Origin: Azolla caroliniana
Lineage: Eukaryota > Plantae > Polypodiophyta
Assembly: GCA_043228905.1 (NCBI GenBank)
Contig: JBHGNT010000008.1
Coordinates: forward strand, 11,346,001 to 11,410,000
Direction of reading: 5' to 3'
DNA: 64,000 nucleotides
Shown: one piece after another, positions 62,986-64,000 of the stretch
How positions within the stretch are numbered: the first letter of the stretch is position 1
Layout of the letters: each line of letters opens with the position of its first letter
Made by a program: the position numbers and the translations under genes
The notes under the pieces: generated by a model
What the model saw: the letters and a program-made list of their open reading frames with translations, nothing else
Database searches by the model: none
Told to the model about the DNA's origin: nothing

Positions 62986-64000
62986 ATAGAGAGCGAAGAT
63001 CTTACTTCGATAGCGGCTACACGTGCGGCGATGGTGGACGATTGTCACACCATAACGGCGGCTACATGAGCTGTGGCGGTAATTATCCTACGGGTCGATA
63101 CGGGAGGTCCATCCAATGCGAAGGCCGTACATCTTTTGGAAGCGGCACACGTGCCAACATAAGACAAGAAGTGTATCCCCATGGCGGCTGTGCAGGAGAT
63201 CATGCAAGCCATGGCACGAACGACCTTCCGTCTTTCCCTCGCGGCCCTCCTCCTCCTCCTCTCCTCCCCACCCCATCCCTGCAGACAATTTCAAACATAC
63301 CCTCTCACTTCCCATATTCGTTTAACCCTAATCACGCCCCTCCCCCCCCCTCCTTACTTCCTACAAATTTGATGCATGCCCCCCCTTTATTTTCTATAAA
63401 CCCCCCTCATACCCCTCCCCCATTTTTTAACCATGCCCCTATGCATTTCCCCCCTAATAACCCCCACAACGTTTCCCTATTTCCAAACTATACCCCTCCC
63501 CCTTTTCATGCATTTCCTACACATACCCCCCCCTTCTTTACACATAACTCCCCTTCTACTTCTAGTAGATTTCAATATTCTACCGCACCCTCAAAATTTC
63601 CCCCACACTTATATGAAATCCCTCATAGAAAACAACCTATCCGTACTCACAATAATCGGCCCCTTCCCACAAAACTACAAACTTTCCCATGTAATAATGT
63701 TAGGACAAAAAACGTGTAGCTAGGCGTGCCAAACGCGATAGTAAACAGTTTCGGCACGCCATACATCCCGCGAAACGTCTCTTTTACCTTCTCGATAGAC
63801 CTACTTCTACTTTAGATACTTTCATGTGGTTAGGACGTCATACATCCAATTTTCCCTTCTCCCCATATGTGAAAAAGACCCATAGTAGGAAACCCCGTAA
63901 TAAATTTTGGACACCTCTCCTTAATAAACCTAGAATTAGTAGGATCCACAACCACTCTAATTATTCCCTCTCTAAACATGAGACACAACTCCTTAGCCTA

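Noticed and set aside
63042-63719. 225-aa proline-rich ORF resembling an extensin
   Set aside because: Non-ATG start, no signal peptide or SPPPP periodicity. It arises from C-rich low-complexity DNA.

Overview
This window is a gene-free, deeply nested plant transposon block. The element families (Tcn1-like self-priming chromoviruses, tRNA-Trp-primed Gypsy elements with 4-bp target-site duplications (TSDs), Bryco-like Copia) suggest a moss such as Physcomitrium, but that is inference. I found no host gene, intact tRNA/rRNA gene or CRISPR array. Nesting reconstructed from LTR pairs, TSDs and reading frames that rejoin: an RTEX-like LINE (13813-14550 + 42582-44856) abuts the truncated 5' LTR of Tcn1-like element 2 (44857-60169). 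Tcn1-like element 1 (14551-42581) split the LINE. Element 1 in turn received a non-autonomous Phygy-like element (15641-26971, itself holding a full-length Phygy-like element at 18958-26251), a minus-strand Copia (30011-35678) and a very young plus-strand Copia (36631-42048). An Athila-like Gypsy (47081-57112) split element 2. The most notable signals are: (1) the Athila-like element has no polypurine tract (PPT) and instead carries a second, oppositely oriented tRNA primer-binding site (PBS) next to its 3' LTR; (2) a 115-bp TG..CA unit with a 5-bp TSD carries a 5S rRNA internal promoter (Cassandra-like); (3) antisense tRNA-type Pol III A/B-box cassettes sit in the LTRs of two unrelated Gypsy lineages; (4) the self-priming PBS co-varies with its LTR partner in three Tcn1-like copies; (5) there is a -1 frameshift signal and heat-shock elements in the Tcn1-like family. 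All coordinates were read by eye and may be off by a few bases.
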